DNA from: Mustelus asterias
Lineage: Eukaryota
Length of the DNA stretch: 60,000 nucleotides
Assembly (NCBI RefSeq): GCF_964213995.1
Contig: NW_027590758.1
Coordinates: 124,001 to 184,000 of the forward strand
Direction: 5' to 3'
Part shown: positions 36,418 through 49,272 of the stretch, piece by piece
Layout: the number at the start of each line of letters is the position of its first letter
Position numbering within the stretch: position 1 is the stretch's first letter
Program-made: the position numbers and the translations under genes
Notes under the pieces: model-generated
The model's input: the letters and a program-made list of their open reading frames with translations, nothing else
What the model was told of the DNA's origin: nothing
Databases searched by the model: none

Positions 36418-39265
36418 TTGGGGGGAGGGAATCGAAATGAGGGGACTGAGAGCGAGGAGGTTAGCTCGGAAATAGATAAGGAATGTAAACAGGGTAAGAG
36501 GGAGGTTAGACGAGTGATGGAGAAGGGAAGTGCTCAGGCTGAAGGTCTGAGATGTGTCTATTTTAATGCCAGGAGTGTAGTGAATAAAGTGGATGAGCTT
36601 AGAGCGTGGATTGCTGCTTCGAATTGTGATGTGGTGGCCATTACGGAGACTTGGATGTCTCAGGGACAGGACTGGGTGCTTCAGGTGCCGGGTTTTAGAT
36701 GTTTCAGGAAGGACAGGGAGGGAGGCAAGAGAGGGGGGGGGAGTGGCACTGTTGATCAGGGATAGTGTCACGGCTGTAGAGAAGGTGGACGCCGTGGAGG
36801 GATTGACTACGGAGTCTCTGTGGGTGGAGGTTAGGAACAGGAAGGGGTCGGTAACGTTGCTGGGTGTTTTCTATAGGCCGCCCAATAGTAACAGAGATGT
36901 TGAGGAGCAGATGGGGAAACAGATCCTGGAGAGATGTAGGAATAACAGAGGTGTCGTGATGGGAGATTTTAATTTCCCAAACATAGATTGGAATATCCCT
37001 AGGGCTAGGGGTTTGGATGGAGAGGAGTTTGTTAGGTGTGTCCAGGAGAGTTTCCTGACACAGTATGTGGATAAGCCTACTAGAGGAGAGGCTGTACTTG
37101 ATCTGGTGCTGGCTAATGAACCTGGACAGGTGGAGGATCTCTCGGTGGGTGAGCATCTTGGGGATAGCGATCATAATTCTATCTCCTTCACGATAGCATT
37201 GGAAAGAGATAGGATCAGGCAGGCTAGGAAAGTGTTTCTCTGGAGTAAAGGGAAATACAGTGTCATCAGGGAGGAAATTAGACGGGTAAATTGGAAGGAG
37301 GCATTCTTGGGGAAAAGTACCAAAGGAAAGTGGAGGATTTTCAAGGAATGTTTGTCTGGAGCTCTGCATGACAACGTTCCGATGAGACAGGGGGGTGTTG
37401 GTAGGGTACGGGAACCGTGGTGCACGAAGGTTGTGATGAACCTGGTGAATAAGAAAAGAGAGGCGTACAGAAGGTTCAGAGAGCTAGGAGGTGTTAAGGA
37501 TTTAGAGGAGTATACGGGATGTAGGAAGGAGCTTAAGAAGGAAATTACGAGAGCGAGAAGGGGTCATGAGAAGGCCTTGGCGGGTAAGATTAAGGAGAAT
37601 CCCAAGGCTTTCTACAAATATGTCAAGAGTAAAAGGATGAGATGTGAAGGCATAGGACCCTTAAAAGGTGAAGGGGGAAAAGTTTGTGCGGAACCGTTAG
37701 AAATGGCGGAGCTGCTTAATGAATACTTTACCTCGGTATTCACGGTGGAAAGGGATCTGGGTGGTTGTACTGCTGGTTTGCGGTGGACAGAAAGGATCGA
37801 GCATGTGGACATAAAGAAAGAGGATGTGTTGGAACTATTGAATGGCATCAAGGTTGGTAAGTCGCCGGGACCGGATGGGATGTACCCCAGGTTACTGTGG
37901 GAGGCGAGGGAGGAGATTGCGGAGCCTTTGGCGATGATCTTTGCATCGTCGATGGAGACGGGAGAGGTTCCGGAGGATTGGAGGATTGCAGATGTGGTCC
38001 CTATATTCAGGAAAGGGAACAGGGACAGCCCGGGAAATTACCGACCGGTGAGTCTAACCTCAGTGGTTGGTAAGTTGATGGAGAGGATCCTGAGAGAAGT
38101 TTAGTATGATCAAAAGTAGTCAGCACGGCTTTGTCAAGGGCAGGTCGTGCCTTACGAAGGAAGAGCGGTGGATGTGGTCTATATGGACTTCAGCAAGGCG
38201 TTCGATAAGGTCCCCCATGCAAGACTTCTTGAGAAAGTGAGAGGGCATGGGATCCAAGGGGCTGTTGCCTTGTGGATCCAGAACTGGCTTGCCTGCAGAA
38301 GGCAGAGAGTGGCTGTGGAGGGGTCTTTCTCTGCATGGAGGTCAGTGACCAGTGGAGTGCCCCAGGGATCTGTTCTGGGACCCTTGCTGTTTGTCATTTT
38401 CATAAATGAACTGGATGAGGAAGTGGAGGGATGGGTTGGTAAGTTTGCTGACGACACCAAGGTAGGTGGTGTTGTGGATAGTTTGGAGGGATGTCAGAAG
38501 TTGCAGCGAGACATAGATAGAATGCAAGACTGGGCGGAGAAGTGGCAGATGGACTTCAACCCGGATAAGTGTGTGGTGATCCATTTTGGCAGATCCAATG
38601 GGATGAAGCAGCAGTATAATATGAAGGGTACCATTCTTAGCAGTGTAGAGGATCAGAAGGACCTTGGGGTCCGGGTCCATAGGACTCTTAAATCGGCCTC
38701 GCAGGTGGAGGATGCGGTCAAGAAGGCGTACGGCGTACTGGCCTTCATTAATCGAGGGATTGAGTTTAGGAGTCGGGAGATAATGCTGCAGCTTTATAGG
38801 ACCCTGGTTAGACCCCACTTGGAGTACTGCGCGCAGTTCTGGTCACCTCATTACAGGAAAGATGTTGAAGCCATTGAAAGGGTGCAGAGGAGATTTACAA
38901 GGATGTTGCCTGGATTGGGGGGCATGCCTTATGAGGATAGGTTGAGGGAGCTTGGTCTCTTCTCCCTGGAGAGACGAAGGATGAGAGGTGATCTGATAGA
39001 GGTTTACAAGATGTTGAGAGGTCTGGATAGGGTAGACTCTCAGAGGCTATTTCCAAGGGCTGAAATGGTTGCTACGAGAGGACACAGGTTTAAGGTGCTG
39101 GGGGGTAGGTACAGAGGAGATGTCAGGGGTAAGTTTTTCACTCAGAGGGTGGTGGGTGAGTGGAATCGGCTGACGTCGGTGGTGGTGGAGGCAAACTCGT
39201 TGGGGTCTTTTAAGAGACTTCTGGATGAGTACATGGGATTTAATGGGATTGAGGGCTATAGATAG
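36418..39265 (+). pseudogene. CR1 ORF2 (APE endonuclease + reverse transcriptase), disrupted
   Basis: [46 protein letters not shown] and FADD; frameshift at the G-run ~36733-36741 and internal deletions near 38100-38160. Confidence 0.9.
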
Positions 39266-40231
39266 GCCTAGAGGTGGGGATGTGATCGGCGCAACTTGTG
39301 GGCCGAAGGGCCTGTTTGTGCTGTGGCTTTCTATGTTCTATGTTCTATTTCCCAGAAGAATCTTTTTTTAAAATGTTGCTTCATCACATGGAAATCGGAA
39401 AAAAAACACTCAGACAGATGAGGAAATGGAGACTCAGTGCGGATCAACTAATCTTTCCTATAGCTGGCTGGAATTTATGCGCCTGAATGTTTCACACTTA
39501 TAATAAAAAGGCTCAAGTATACCTAACAGATAATTGTTCAATCTCTTCCATTTAATTATAGTTGACTTTGTTTAAAAGCTGACGATGGCCAATCTCAAAC
39601 AAACACCATGGGATCTGTATTACCCGGTGATTCGACTCTTTCAGTTGGCCAGTTATGTTTGCAATTCAGTGATATTCAAGTTCAGAGATATTCAATTCAT
39701 AATGAAGACATATGTGTTAAATAACGCATTGATACTAAATATTGAAACAAATACTGAGTACAATTGTACAATGAGCTTTGACAAAGTGTCATCTGGACTC
39801 GAAACGTCAGCTCCTTTCTCTCCTTACAGATGCTGCCAGACCATATGAGATTTTCCAGCATTTTCTCCTTTGGTTTCAGAATCCATCATCCGCAGTAATT
39901 TGCTTTTATTAATGAGCACAAGTGGTTGAGATTATTCGAAGGAAGATGAATATGATGCATTAGTGAATGAGCAGAAATCATTGATCCCTTCGATATTTGC
40001 CAGGCGATCGCTTTCAAATTTTGAAGTTCAAGATAAGTTGAGCAATCACATTGAAAGTAACGGTTATCTTCCTGAAACAAGTGACATGGGCTCTCAGTCT
40101 AATCATTTGAAACTGCAGCAATACAGCGCAGTTGAAAATTGCAGAGAGGCGAAAGGTTCCCGGTTCAAAACCTGGCAGAAACATTTATTGAGCTTCCTAA
40201 TTTAGATTGAGGAAAATCTGTATGATTTCAG

Positions 40232-41005
40232 TACAAAGAACAAAGAATATTACAGCACAGGAACAGGCCCTTCGGCCCTCCAACCCTGCACCGACCATGC
40301 TGCCCGAATTAACTAAAACCCCGATCCTTCCGGGGACCATATCCCTCTGTTCCCATTCCTATTCATGTACTTGTCAAGACGCCCCTTAAAAGTCACGACC
40401 GTATTCGCTTCCACTACTTCCCCTGGCAACAAGTCCCAGACACCCACGAAACCCTGTGTAAAAATTCTGCCTCGTACATCTCCTTTAAACCTTACCCCTC
40501 GCAACTTAAACCTATGTCCCCTAGTCATTGACTCTTCCACCCTAGGAAAAAAGCTTCTGACTATCCATTCTGTCCATGCCTCTCATAATCTTGTAGACTT
40601 CTATCAGGTCGCCCCTCAACCTCCGTCGCTCTAGTGAGAACAAACCAAGTTTCTGCAATCTCTCCTCGTAGCTAATCCTCTCCATACCACGCAACATCCT
40701 GGTAAATCTTTTATGTACCCTCTCCAAAGCTCCACATCCTTCTGGTTGTGTGGCAACCAGAATTCAACACGATATTCCAAGTGCGGCCTAAATAAGGTTC
40801 AATAAAGCTGCAACATGACTTGCCAATTTTTAAACTCAATGCCCCGGCCGATGAAGGCAAGCATGCGGTATGCCTTCTTGACTACCTTCTCCACCTGCAT
40901 TGCCACTTTCAGTGACCTGTGTACTTGTACACCCAGATCCCTTTGCCTATCAATACTCTTAAGGGTGCTGCCATTTACTGTATATTTCCTATCTGTATTA
41001 GACCT
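40232..41005 (-). mobile_element. CR1 LINE 3' fragment
   Basis: ORFs 40313-40540, 40542-40727 and 40799-41167; (ttctttg) tail. Confidence 0.9.
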
Positions 41006-42127
41006 TCGTTGCTGAACGTTATCCGAATCTTGATATTGCAGCCATATGATCTTTGCTCTGACCTCGGCCTCAAGTGCTTTCTGTAAAATAAGAATGTTGA
41101 TAGCTTTGTGACGAAATGACAGGAAAGAAACATTTCGATTTTGACACTGTGCACATATTCGCATCACGTTCAGTCAACAACAGAATTTAATGAGTTTATG
41201 GGTGCAGATTAACGTAGCTAATCACCATCTGGAACTGTTCGAATTGTAGTATGTGCTCCAGGGGACTAACACAAGTGATACTGCAAGCGAACTATCGGAA
41301 ATGGCGCACATTTCCCAGAATAATCTTTTTCTTTAATCGTTCTTCAAAACAAAGAAATAGGAAAAAAAAAAACCACTCAGACAGATGAGGAAATCGAGAC
41401 TTAGTGCGGATCTACTGGACTTTCATTTAAGTGTCCGGAATTTATGTGCCTTAATATTTCACGCCCATAATAAAAAAGACACAAGTGTCAATAGCAGATA
41501 ATTCTTCAATCTCGTCTATTTAAATGTAGTTCACTTTGTTTAAATGTCGTTCGCTATGGTCAATCTCATAATTGTGATCTGTATTCCCCGGTGACTCGAT
41601 TCATGTTGGTCAGTTATATTTGCAATTCTATTGTATTGAATTTCAGAGATATACAATTCATAATGAAGACATATGTGTTAAATAATGCATTCAGACTAAA
41701 TACTGAAACAAATACTGAGTACAATTGTACAATGAACTTTGTTAAAGTGTCACCTGGATTCGAAACATCAGCTCATTTCTCTCCTTACAGGTGCTGGCAG
41801 ACGTTTTGTGATTTACCAGCATTTTTTCGTTTGGTTTCCGATTCCAGTTTCCGCGGGAATTTGCTTTTATCGCTGAGTAAAATTGGTTGAGATTAGTCGA
41901 AGGAAGATGAGAATGATGCATTAATGAATGGCCAGAAATCATTGTTCCCTTAGATATTTGCCAGAAGAACGCTTTTAACTTTTGAAGTTCATGATAAGTT
42001 GAGCAATCAGATTGAAAGCAACGGTTATCTTCCTGAATTAAGTGACATGTGCTCTCAGTCTAACCATTGGAACCTGCAGCAGTTGAACATTGCGGACAGG
42101 CCGATTTGCTGCAGCTTGCGTCCAGCT

Positions 42128-42200
42128 GTTTCTGTAGTGTAGTGGTTATTATGTTCGTCTGACACGCGGAAGGATCCTGGTTCCAAACGAAGCAGAAACA
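42128..42200 (+). pseudogene. tRNA-Val-body pseudogene, anticodon position reads GAC
   Basis: gtttctgtagtgtagtggttattatgttcgtctgacacgcggaaggatcctggttccaaacgaagcagaaaca. Confidence 0.8.
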
Positions 42201-43374
42201 TTCATTAAGATTTCTCATGTCGGGTGAAGGAAAATTGCATGATTTCAGTTCGTTCCTCAACATTATCTGAACCTCGGTATTACAGGCATATTATCGGCTC
42301 TGACATCGGCCTCTAATGTTTTCTGTAAAATAAGAAATGCTGATTTTGTTTTGATGCACTGACAGGAAAGAAACGTTTCGATTTTGACACTGTGCACATA
42401 TTCGCATCTCGTTCAGTCTACAACAGAATTTAATGGGTTTACAGGTGCAGACTGACATGGCTAATCACCGTCTGAAATATATCTAATAGTAGTGTCTGCT
42501 CCAGAAGACTGACACAAGTGATATTGTAAGTGATCTATCGGAAATGGCGCTCATTTCCCAGAAGATTCCATTTTAAAATCGTTGTTCACAACAAGGAAAT
42601 AGAAAAAAAAACACTCAGACAGATGAGGGAATCGGGACTCAGTGCAGATCTTCTGGACTTTCCTATAAATGGTCGGAATTTATGCGCCTGAATATTTCAC
42701 CCCCTAGATAAAAAAAAGGCCCAAGTGTCACGAAAAGTTCATTTTTGAATCACTTCCAATTAAACGTAGTTGACTTTGTTTAAAAGCTGGCTATGATCAA
42801 TCTCAAAATTGCGATCTGTATTACCCGGTGATTCGATTCGTTCTGTTAGTCAGTTATGTTTGCAATTCTGTGACATTCAATTCCAGAGATATTCAATTAA
42901 TAATGAAGACATATGTGTTAAATAATGCATTGATACTAAATATTGAAACAAATACTGAGTGCAATTGCTCAATTAGCTTTGACACAGTGCCATCTGGACT
43001 CGAATCGTCAGCCCTTCTCTCTCCTTACAGATGCTGAGATATTGCGAGATTTTCCAGCATTTTCTCTTTTGGTTTCCGATTCCAGCATCCGCAGTAATTA
43101 CTTTTATTAATGAGTACAATTGTTTGAGATTATTCGAAGGAAGATGAGAATGATGCATTAATGAATGGGCAGAAATCATTGCTCCCTCAGATATTTGCCA
43201 GACGAAAGCTTTTAAATTTTGATGTTCAAGATAAGTTGTGAAATCAGGTTAAAAGTACCAGTTTTCTTCTTGAATTCAGTGACATGGGCTCTCAGTCTAA
43301 CCATTGGAACCTGCAGCAGCGCAGCGCAGTTGGACATTGCAGACATGCCGATTAGCTAAAATATGCTGTCAGCT

Positions 43375-43447
43375 GTTCATGTAATGTCATGGTTATCACG
43401 TTCGCCTCACACTCGAAAGATTCCCGTATCAAAACCCGACAGAAACA
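43375..43447 (+). pseudogene. tRNA-Val(CAC) pseudogene
   Basis: ggttatcacgttcgcctcacactcgaaag...agaaaca; A and B boxes damaged. Confidence 0.75.
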
Positions 43448-43499
43448 CTTTGGGACCTTTCTTATTAATGGCGTGCGAAGCCTGCATAGTTTAACTTCC

Positions 43500-43812
43500 G
43501 AGAATCACATACTGAAGAATGAGGCAATTCGGCCCATCGAAGCTGCACCGAACACAATCCCACCCAGGCCCTATCCCCATTACCCCATGTATTTACCTGG
43601 CTCGTCCCCCTGACACTAAGGGGCAATTTTGCATGGCCAACCCGCCTCACCCGCAACTCTCTGGACTGTAGGAGGAAACCAGAGGACCCGGGGAACCCCA
43701 CACAGACACGGGGAGAACGTGCAAACTCAACACAGACAGTGACGCAAGCCAGGAATCGAACCCAGGTCTCTGTGAGACCGCAGTGCTAACCACTGTGATG
43801 CTGTGCCGCCCC
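43500..43812 (-). mobile_element. HE1-type V-SINE
   Basis: V-domain and tRNA-like head on the - strand. Confidence 0.85.
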
Positions 43813-44233
43813 CACTGTGCAACCATCATTGCTCAACGTTATGTGAATCTCGATGTTACACCAACTCAAATGCTTTTGGGAAAATCGGATCTTACAGTAA
43901 CTCAATTGTCTTTAGGAAAATCAGAATTGCCGTGTTTTAGGATGCAATGGCAGGAAATAAATGTCTGTATTGTTTGTATGCATATTCGCAACCCGTTCAG
44001 TCCACAATAAAATTTAATGCGTTTACAGGTGCAGACTAAGAGCTTTAATCACCATCTGAAACATGTCTCCCAGCAGTGCGGGCTCATAAGGACAGACACA
44101 AGTGAAACTGTAACTGAACTAGAGGAAATGGCACACATTGCTTCGAAGCTTATTTTTAAAATTGTTCTTCCTGATAAAGAAATGGGAAAGACCATTCAGG
44201 CCGATGAGGAAATCGGAAATCAGTGCGAACCTC

Positions 44234-45346
44234 CTATAAGACCATAAGACCATAAGACATAGGAGCGGAAGTAAGGCCATTCGGCCCATCGAGTCCACTC
44301 CACCATTCAATCATGGTTGATTTCAACTCCATTTACCCGCTCTCTCCCCATAGCCCTTAATTCCTCGAGAAATCAAGAATTTATCAATTTCTGTCTTGAA
44401 GACGCTCAACGTCTCGGCCTCCACAGCCCTCTGTGGCAATGAATTCCACAGACCCACCACTCTCTGGCTGAAGAAATTTCTCCTCATCTCTGTTCTAAAG
44501 TGACTCCCTTTTATTCTAAGGCTGTGCCCCCGCGTCCTAGTCTCCCCTGTTAATGGAAACAACTTCCCTACGTCCATCCTATCTAAGCCGTTCATTATCT
44601 TGTAAGTTTCTATCAGATCTCCCCTCAACCTCCTAAACTCCAATGAATATAATCCCACGATCCTCAGACGTTCATCGTATGTCAGGCCTACCATTCCTGG
44701 GATCATCCGTGTGAATCTCCGCTGGACCCGCTCCAGTGCCAGTATGTCCTTCCTGAGGTGTGGGGCCCAAAATTGCTCACAGTACTCCAAATGGGGCCTA
44801 ACCAGTGCTTTATAAAGCCTCAGAAGTACATCCCTGCTTTTGTATTCCAAGCCTCTTGAGATAAATGACAACATTACATTTGCTTTCTTAATTACGGACT
44901 CAACCTGCAAGTTTACCTTTAGAGAATCCTGGACTAGGACTCCCAAGTCCCTTTGCACTTTAGCATTATGAATTTTGTCACCGTTTAGAAAATAGTCCAT
45001 GCCTCTATTCTTTTTTCCAAAGTGTACGACCTCGCACTTGCCCACGTTGAATTTCATCAGCCACTTCTTGGACCACTCTCCTAAACTGTCTAAATCTTTC
45101 TGCAGCCTCCCCACCTCCTCAATACTACCTGCCCCTCCACCTATCTTTGTATCATCGGCAAACTTGGCCAGAATGCTCCCAGTCCCGTCATCTAGATCGT
45201 TAATATATAAAGAGAACAGCTGTGGCCCCAACACTGAACCCTGCGGGACACCACTTGTCACCGGTTGCCATTCTGAGAAAGAACCTTTTATCCCAACTCT
45301 CTGCCTTCTGTCTGACAGCCAATCGTCAATCCATGTTAGTACCTTG
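44234..45346 (-). mobile_element. Young CR1 LINE 3' fragment with an open RT C-terminus
   Basis: Uninterrupted 312-aa ORF 44323-45261 ([14 protein letters not shown]); (tcttatgg)n tail. Confidence 0.95.
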
Positions 45347-45751
45347 TAGATGAAAGATATTTAAGCGCCAGAATGTTCGACACACAGAATAAAGAAGGAT
45401 CAAGTATAACTAACAGATCATTCTTAAATCTCTTCCCTTGAAAGATATTTGCTTTTGTTTGAAAGCTGACTGCGGTCAATTTCAAAAAGGTACCATGGGA
45501 TGTGTATTTCCCAGTGACTCGCTTTCTTTTGTTGGTCAGTCATGCTTGCAATTCAATGTTCTCTATTTCAGAGATATTCAATTCAGAATGAGGACATTTG
45601 AGTTAAATAAATGTATTGAAGTTAAAGGTTGAATCAAAAGAACCGGGAAGATGCAATGTGATTGGATGGGATTTCTTTTCTCCGCCCATTTTCGCATCAG
45701 CAAATTGTCACTTTCTGCAAAAGGAGACTGATGTTCGGTAAGTGATCAAAG

Positions 45752-45768
45752 AGCGCCCTCCCGTGGAC
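45752..45768 (-). promoter_or_regulatory. Candidate CTCF site within a paralogue of the V3 upstream region
   Basis: agcgccctcccgtggac (reverse complement CCACGGGAGGGCGC); flanks match 31060-31160. Confidence 0.5.
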
Positions 45769-45844
45769 AGTACAGCAGTGGTAACAGACGCAGAACCAAG
45801 ATCTGAGATATCGGCACTCAGAGAATATCCAGGACAGCTACAAC

Positions 45845-48140
45845 ATTGGACAAGAGGAAACATCCGCTCAACATCCACACTGTTCGCACCCCTTAGGGTT
45901 TTGAAGGTTTCAGCCAATATGCCTCTTACTCTTCTAAACTCCCGTGGGTACAAACCTGACGGTACCATTCTTTCCTCATAAACTGACCCGCTCATAGCTG
46001 GTAATAGTTTAGTGAAACTCCTCTGAACTTTTTTCTAACGCATTAACATCTTTCTTAAGATAAGGAGACAAGTAGTGCACACAATATTCGAGACATGCCC
46101 AATGCCCTCGCCAATGCTCAATTTTCCGATCTATCTTTGTGTCGTCAGCAGATTTAGCATTTATATCTTCACTCTCTTCATCACTGCAGAAATCATCCCA
46201 CTTATATGTTTCGCGACAAATTCAGCCAGAATGCATTTGTTCAGGTCAAATCGTGTATAATTAACTTGCTTGAGTTTTATGCTGAGTAACAGAGATGGTT
46301 TGTGAGGGTATTTCTCTTATTGGGCGTCCAAAAGTCATGTGATACGGTGCTGCACCACAGCTTGTGAGTAAGTATGGAGCTCACAGAATAAAATGGACAG
46401 GAGTAACATGGATAGGAAATTGGCTGAGTGCCAGGAAACAACTCGTCGCTATTTTTCGGACTTGAGCAAAGCTTGTAGTGAAGTTGCCAGGAATAGTTGA
46501 CCTTCCTGGCATAGTAATGACCGAGAGCTTGGTATGGAAGTCAGACTTTCAAGACCTGTGAATGATACAGAACTTGGAAACATTGCCAACCATCAGTAGA
46601 TCATGCAGAACTTTAGAACGAAAAAGATCCTAATTGGTGCAATTGGCGTGCAATTAGGAGGTTTAGTTTTTTGCAGAGTAAAGTTACATGCTTAGCTGTG
46701 TTGTGCAAAATGTGAAGAGACAAATGGAAATGATGAAAACGCTATGAAAGTGGGTTTCGACGCCGAGGGAACTGAGAGAATATGTGAATAAATCATCCAT
46801 GGTGGAAGACAGTTGAGACTGCAGTCAATAAAATAGTTAACAATCTTTGTCTATTGGGGAATAGAATACAGAAGCAAGGAAATTAGGCCATATCTGTCGA
46901 AAGCAATGGAAAACAGTCAACAGAAATATTGCGTCCAATTCGGGGCACCAAACTTAAGGAGGAATGTAAAGCCAACAGGATGGCTGCAGAGGAAAAACAC
47001 GAGAATAGTTCCAGAGTTCAGAAACTTCAATTACAAGAATATATTGGAGAGGTTAGGACTGTTTTCCTTGACAGGGAGTTACTGACGTGATCTTAGCATG
47101 GGTTCGTGAAGGGAAGGTCATGTTTCACTAATTTGGTGGAATTCTTTGAGAACGTTACATGTGCAGTGGACAATGGGAACCTGTGGATGTGGTGTATCTG
47201 GATTTCCAGAAAGCATTTGACAAGGTGCCGCGCCAAAGACTGCTGCATAAGATAAAGGTGCACGGTGTTACGGGTAATGTATTAGCATGGATAGAGGATT
47301 GGCTAACTAACAGAAAGTTAAGAGAAGGGGTAAATGGGTGTTTTTCTGGTTGGCGATCAGTGACTAGTGGTGTGCCTCAGGGATCAGTGTTGGGACAGCA
47401 ATTGTTTACGATTTAAATAGATGATTTGGAATTGGGGACCAAGTGTAGTGTGTCAAAATTCGCAGACGACACGAAGATGAGTGGCAGAGCAAAGTGTGCA
47501 GAGGATGCTGGAAGTCGACAAAGGGATATAGATAGTCTAAGTGAGTGGGCGAGGGTCTGGCAGATGGAATACAAGGAGCTCCCTGCCCAGTGAAGCAGTT
47601 GAGGCTACCTCATTGAATGTTTTTAAGGCAAGGATAGATACATTTTTCAACAGTAAAGGAATGTAGGGTTATGGTGAGCGGCGCGGTTAAGTGGAGCTGA
47701 GTCCACGAAAAGATCTTATTGAATGGCGGAGCAGGCTCGAGGGGACAGATGACCTACTCCTGCTCCTAGTTCTTATGTTCTTATTAAGGCATTCAAAATG
47801 CAAAGTGGTCTGGAGAGAGTCGATAGAGAGGAACCGTTAACTGGGAGAAGGATCTTGTACCAGAGGGTGCGGGTCGAAGTTAATTGGCAAAAGAAGCATG
47901 GAGACATAACGGAAAACATTTTCAGACAGTGACTGACTCAGATTTGGAATGTGCTGTTTGAGAGTCTGGTGCAGGCAGCGCCAATTGATGGTTTCAAAAT
48001 GGGATTGAATTATTGTCTGGAAATGAACAAAATGCTGGACTGTGGGGTAGAGAGTGCTGTTGGATGAATTGCTCCCTTAGAGGGCAAACACATACACGAT
48101 GAGTCAAATGGCCTTCTCCACTGTTGTAAATGCTCTATGA
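45845..48140. mobile_element. Cluster of old and nested CR1 fragments (younger + strand piece at ~47090-47785)
   Basis: VDVVYLDFQKAFDKVP and GVPQGSVLG in ORF 47159-47416; surrounding sequence is heavily decayed CR1. Confidence 0.75.
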
Positions 48141-48149
48141 ACCTTGAAA

Positions 48150-48505
48150 GGGGAGGCAGTGGCATAGTGGTAATATCACTGGGCTAGTAATTAGGAGGGG
48201 AGGCAATTTTCTCAAGGTATATATTCAAAGACAACTACAACAGTACGTGGGATTTAGAATGCAATTAAAATTTTGAATTTAAAGTTTGTTTCCTTAATTG
48301 CTGCTATTACAAAAAAACACGTTAGATTCGCTAATGCCCTCTGGAAAAGGAAACCTTCCATCCTTCGCCAGCTTGGCCCATACGTAACTCCAGGCCTCCA
48401 AGTGGTTGGCGCTAACGGCCTGCTGTGATGCTTTAGAAACCCAATAAATTCAGAGTATTAGCGATTACTGGCCTCTCCAGCCGGGATAACAGACAATGAA
48501 AAAAT
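48150..48505 (+). mobile_element. Deu-domain SINE (SacSINE1-like), old
   Basis: tRNA-like head gtggcatagtggtaatatcactgggctagtaa and a degenerate Deu core. Confidence 0.65.
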
Positions 48506-48935
48506 AAGAAACAGCAACTAAAATCAGCATTTCACAACATCTGCAATAGCAAAGGTTGTCCAGGAGATGGCAGTGAAATCGTGATTTTTGGCATGACACA
48601 AAACTGAGATTGTCTCAATTATTGCTGCCATGGACTCAGGCTTTGCCCATCCTAAACTAGAGCCAGTTTATATGACAATAAATCCTATTTCTGATAATAT
48701 GACAATAATTCTGAGTTGATTCCGTACTCATCAAAATCCCAGTTGTTATTATACTGAAGAAAGCCTGAGTTGATATTGCACCGTGCATTCTGGCAATTAC
48801 GGCAGCACGGAATTAATTCTCGGCTAATGTCATGATTCTCCATGTCTCTGTTGTTACGTCACTTGACCCTCTGTCTTCTGATACTGCACCAGAACACGTT
48901 ACTGTTTTTATTCCACGAGGCTCTGTCTCAGTTGT

Positions 48936-49272
48936 TGCACGGTAGCACAGTGGTTAGCACTGCTGCTTCACAGCTCCAGGGACTTGGGTTCGATTTCCGG
49001 CTTGGGTGACTGTCTGTGTGGAGTTTTCACATTCTCCTCGTGTCTGCGTGGGTTTCCTCCGGGTGCTCCGGTTTCCTCCCACAGTCCAAAGATGTGCGGG
49101 TTGGGTTGATTGGCCATGCTAAAATTGCCCCTTAGTGTCCTGGGATGCGGAGATTAGAGGGAGTAGCGGGTAAAATATGTAGGGATATGGGGGTAGGGCC
49201 TGGGTGGGATTGTGGTCGGTGCAGACTCGATGGGCCGAATGGCCTCTTTCTGTACTGTAGGATTTCTATGAT
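48936..49272 (+). mobile_element. HE1-type V-SINE, full length
   Basis: Complete head, V-domain and tail. Confidence 0.9.

Larger units (their letters stand above)
35624..39347 (+). mobile_element. Young, largely complete (5'-truncated) CR1 LINE with ORF1 and ORF2
   Basis: ORF1 esterase plus ORF2 endonuclease/RT (FADD); (ttctatg)n tail; splits the array unit at gaaatggcgcac|atttcccaga. Confidence 0.95.
33600..45640 (+). repeat. Tandem array 2 of the ~1.24-kb tRNA-Val unit, inverted relative to array 1 and interrupted by three CR1s and SINEs
   Basis: Val remnants at 33627, ~35198, ~40149 (3' half), 42128 and 43375 (1247-bp spacing for the last pair); same flanking blocks as array 1. Confidence 0.9.

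Noticed and set aside
15292-43037. Recurrent small ORF (...IMKTYVLNNALILNIETNTEYNC...) as a gene family
   Set aside because: Arises from the tandem unit, runs into a repeat insert, and has inconsistent starts and stops between copies.
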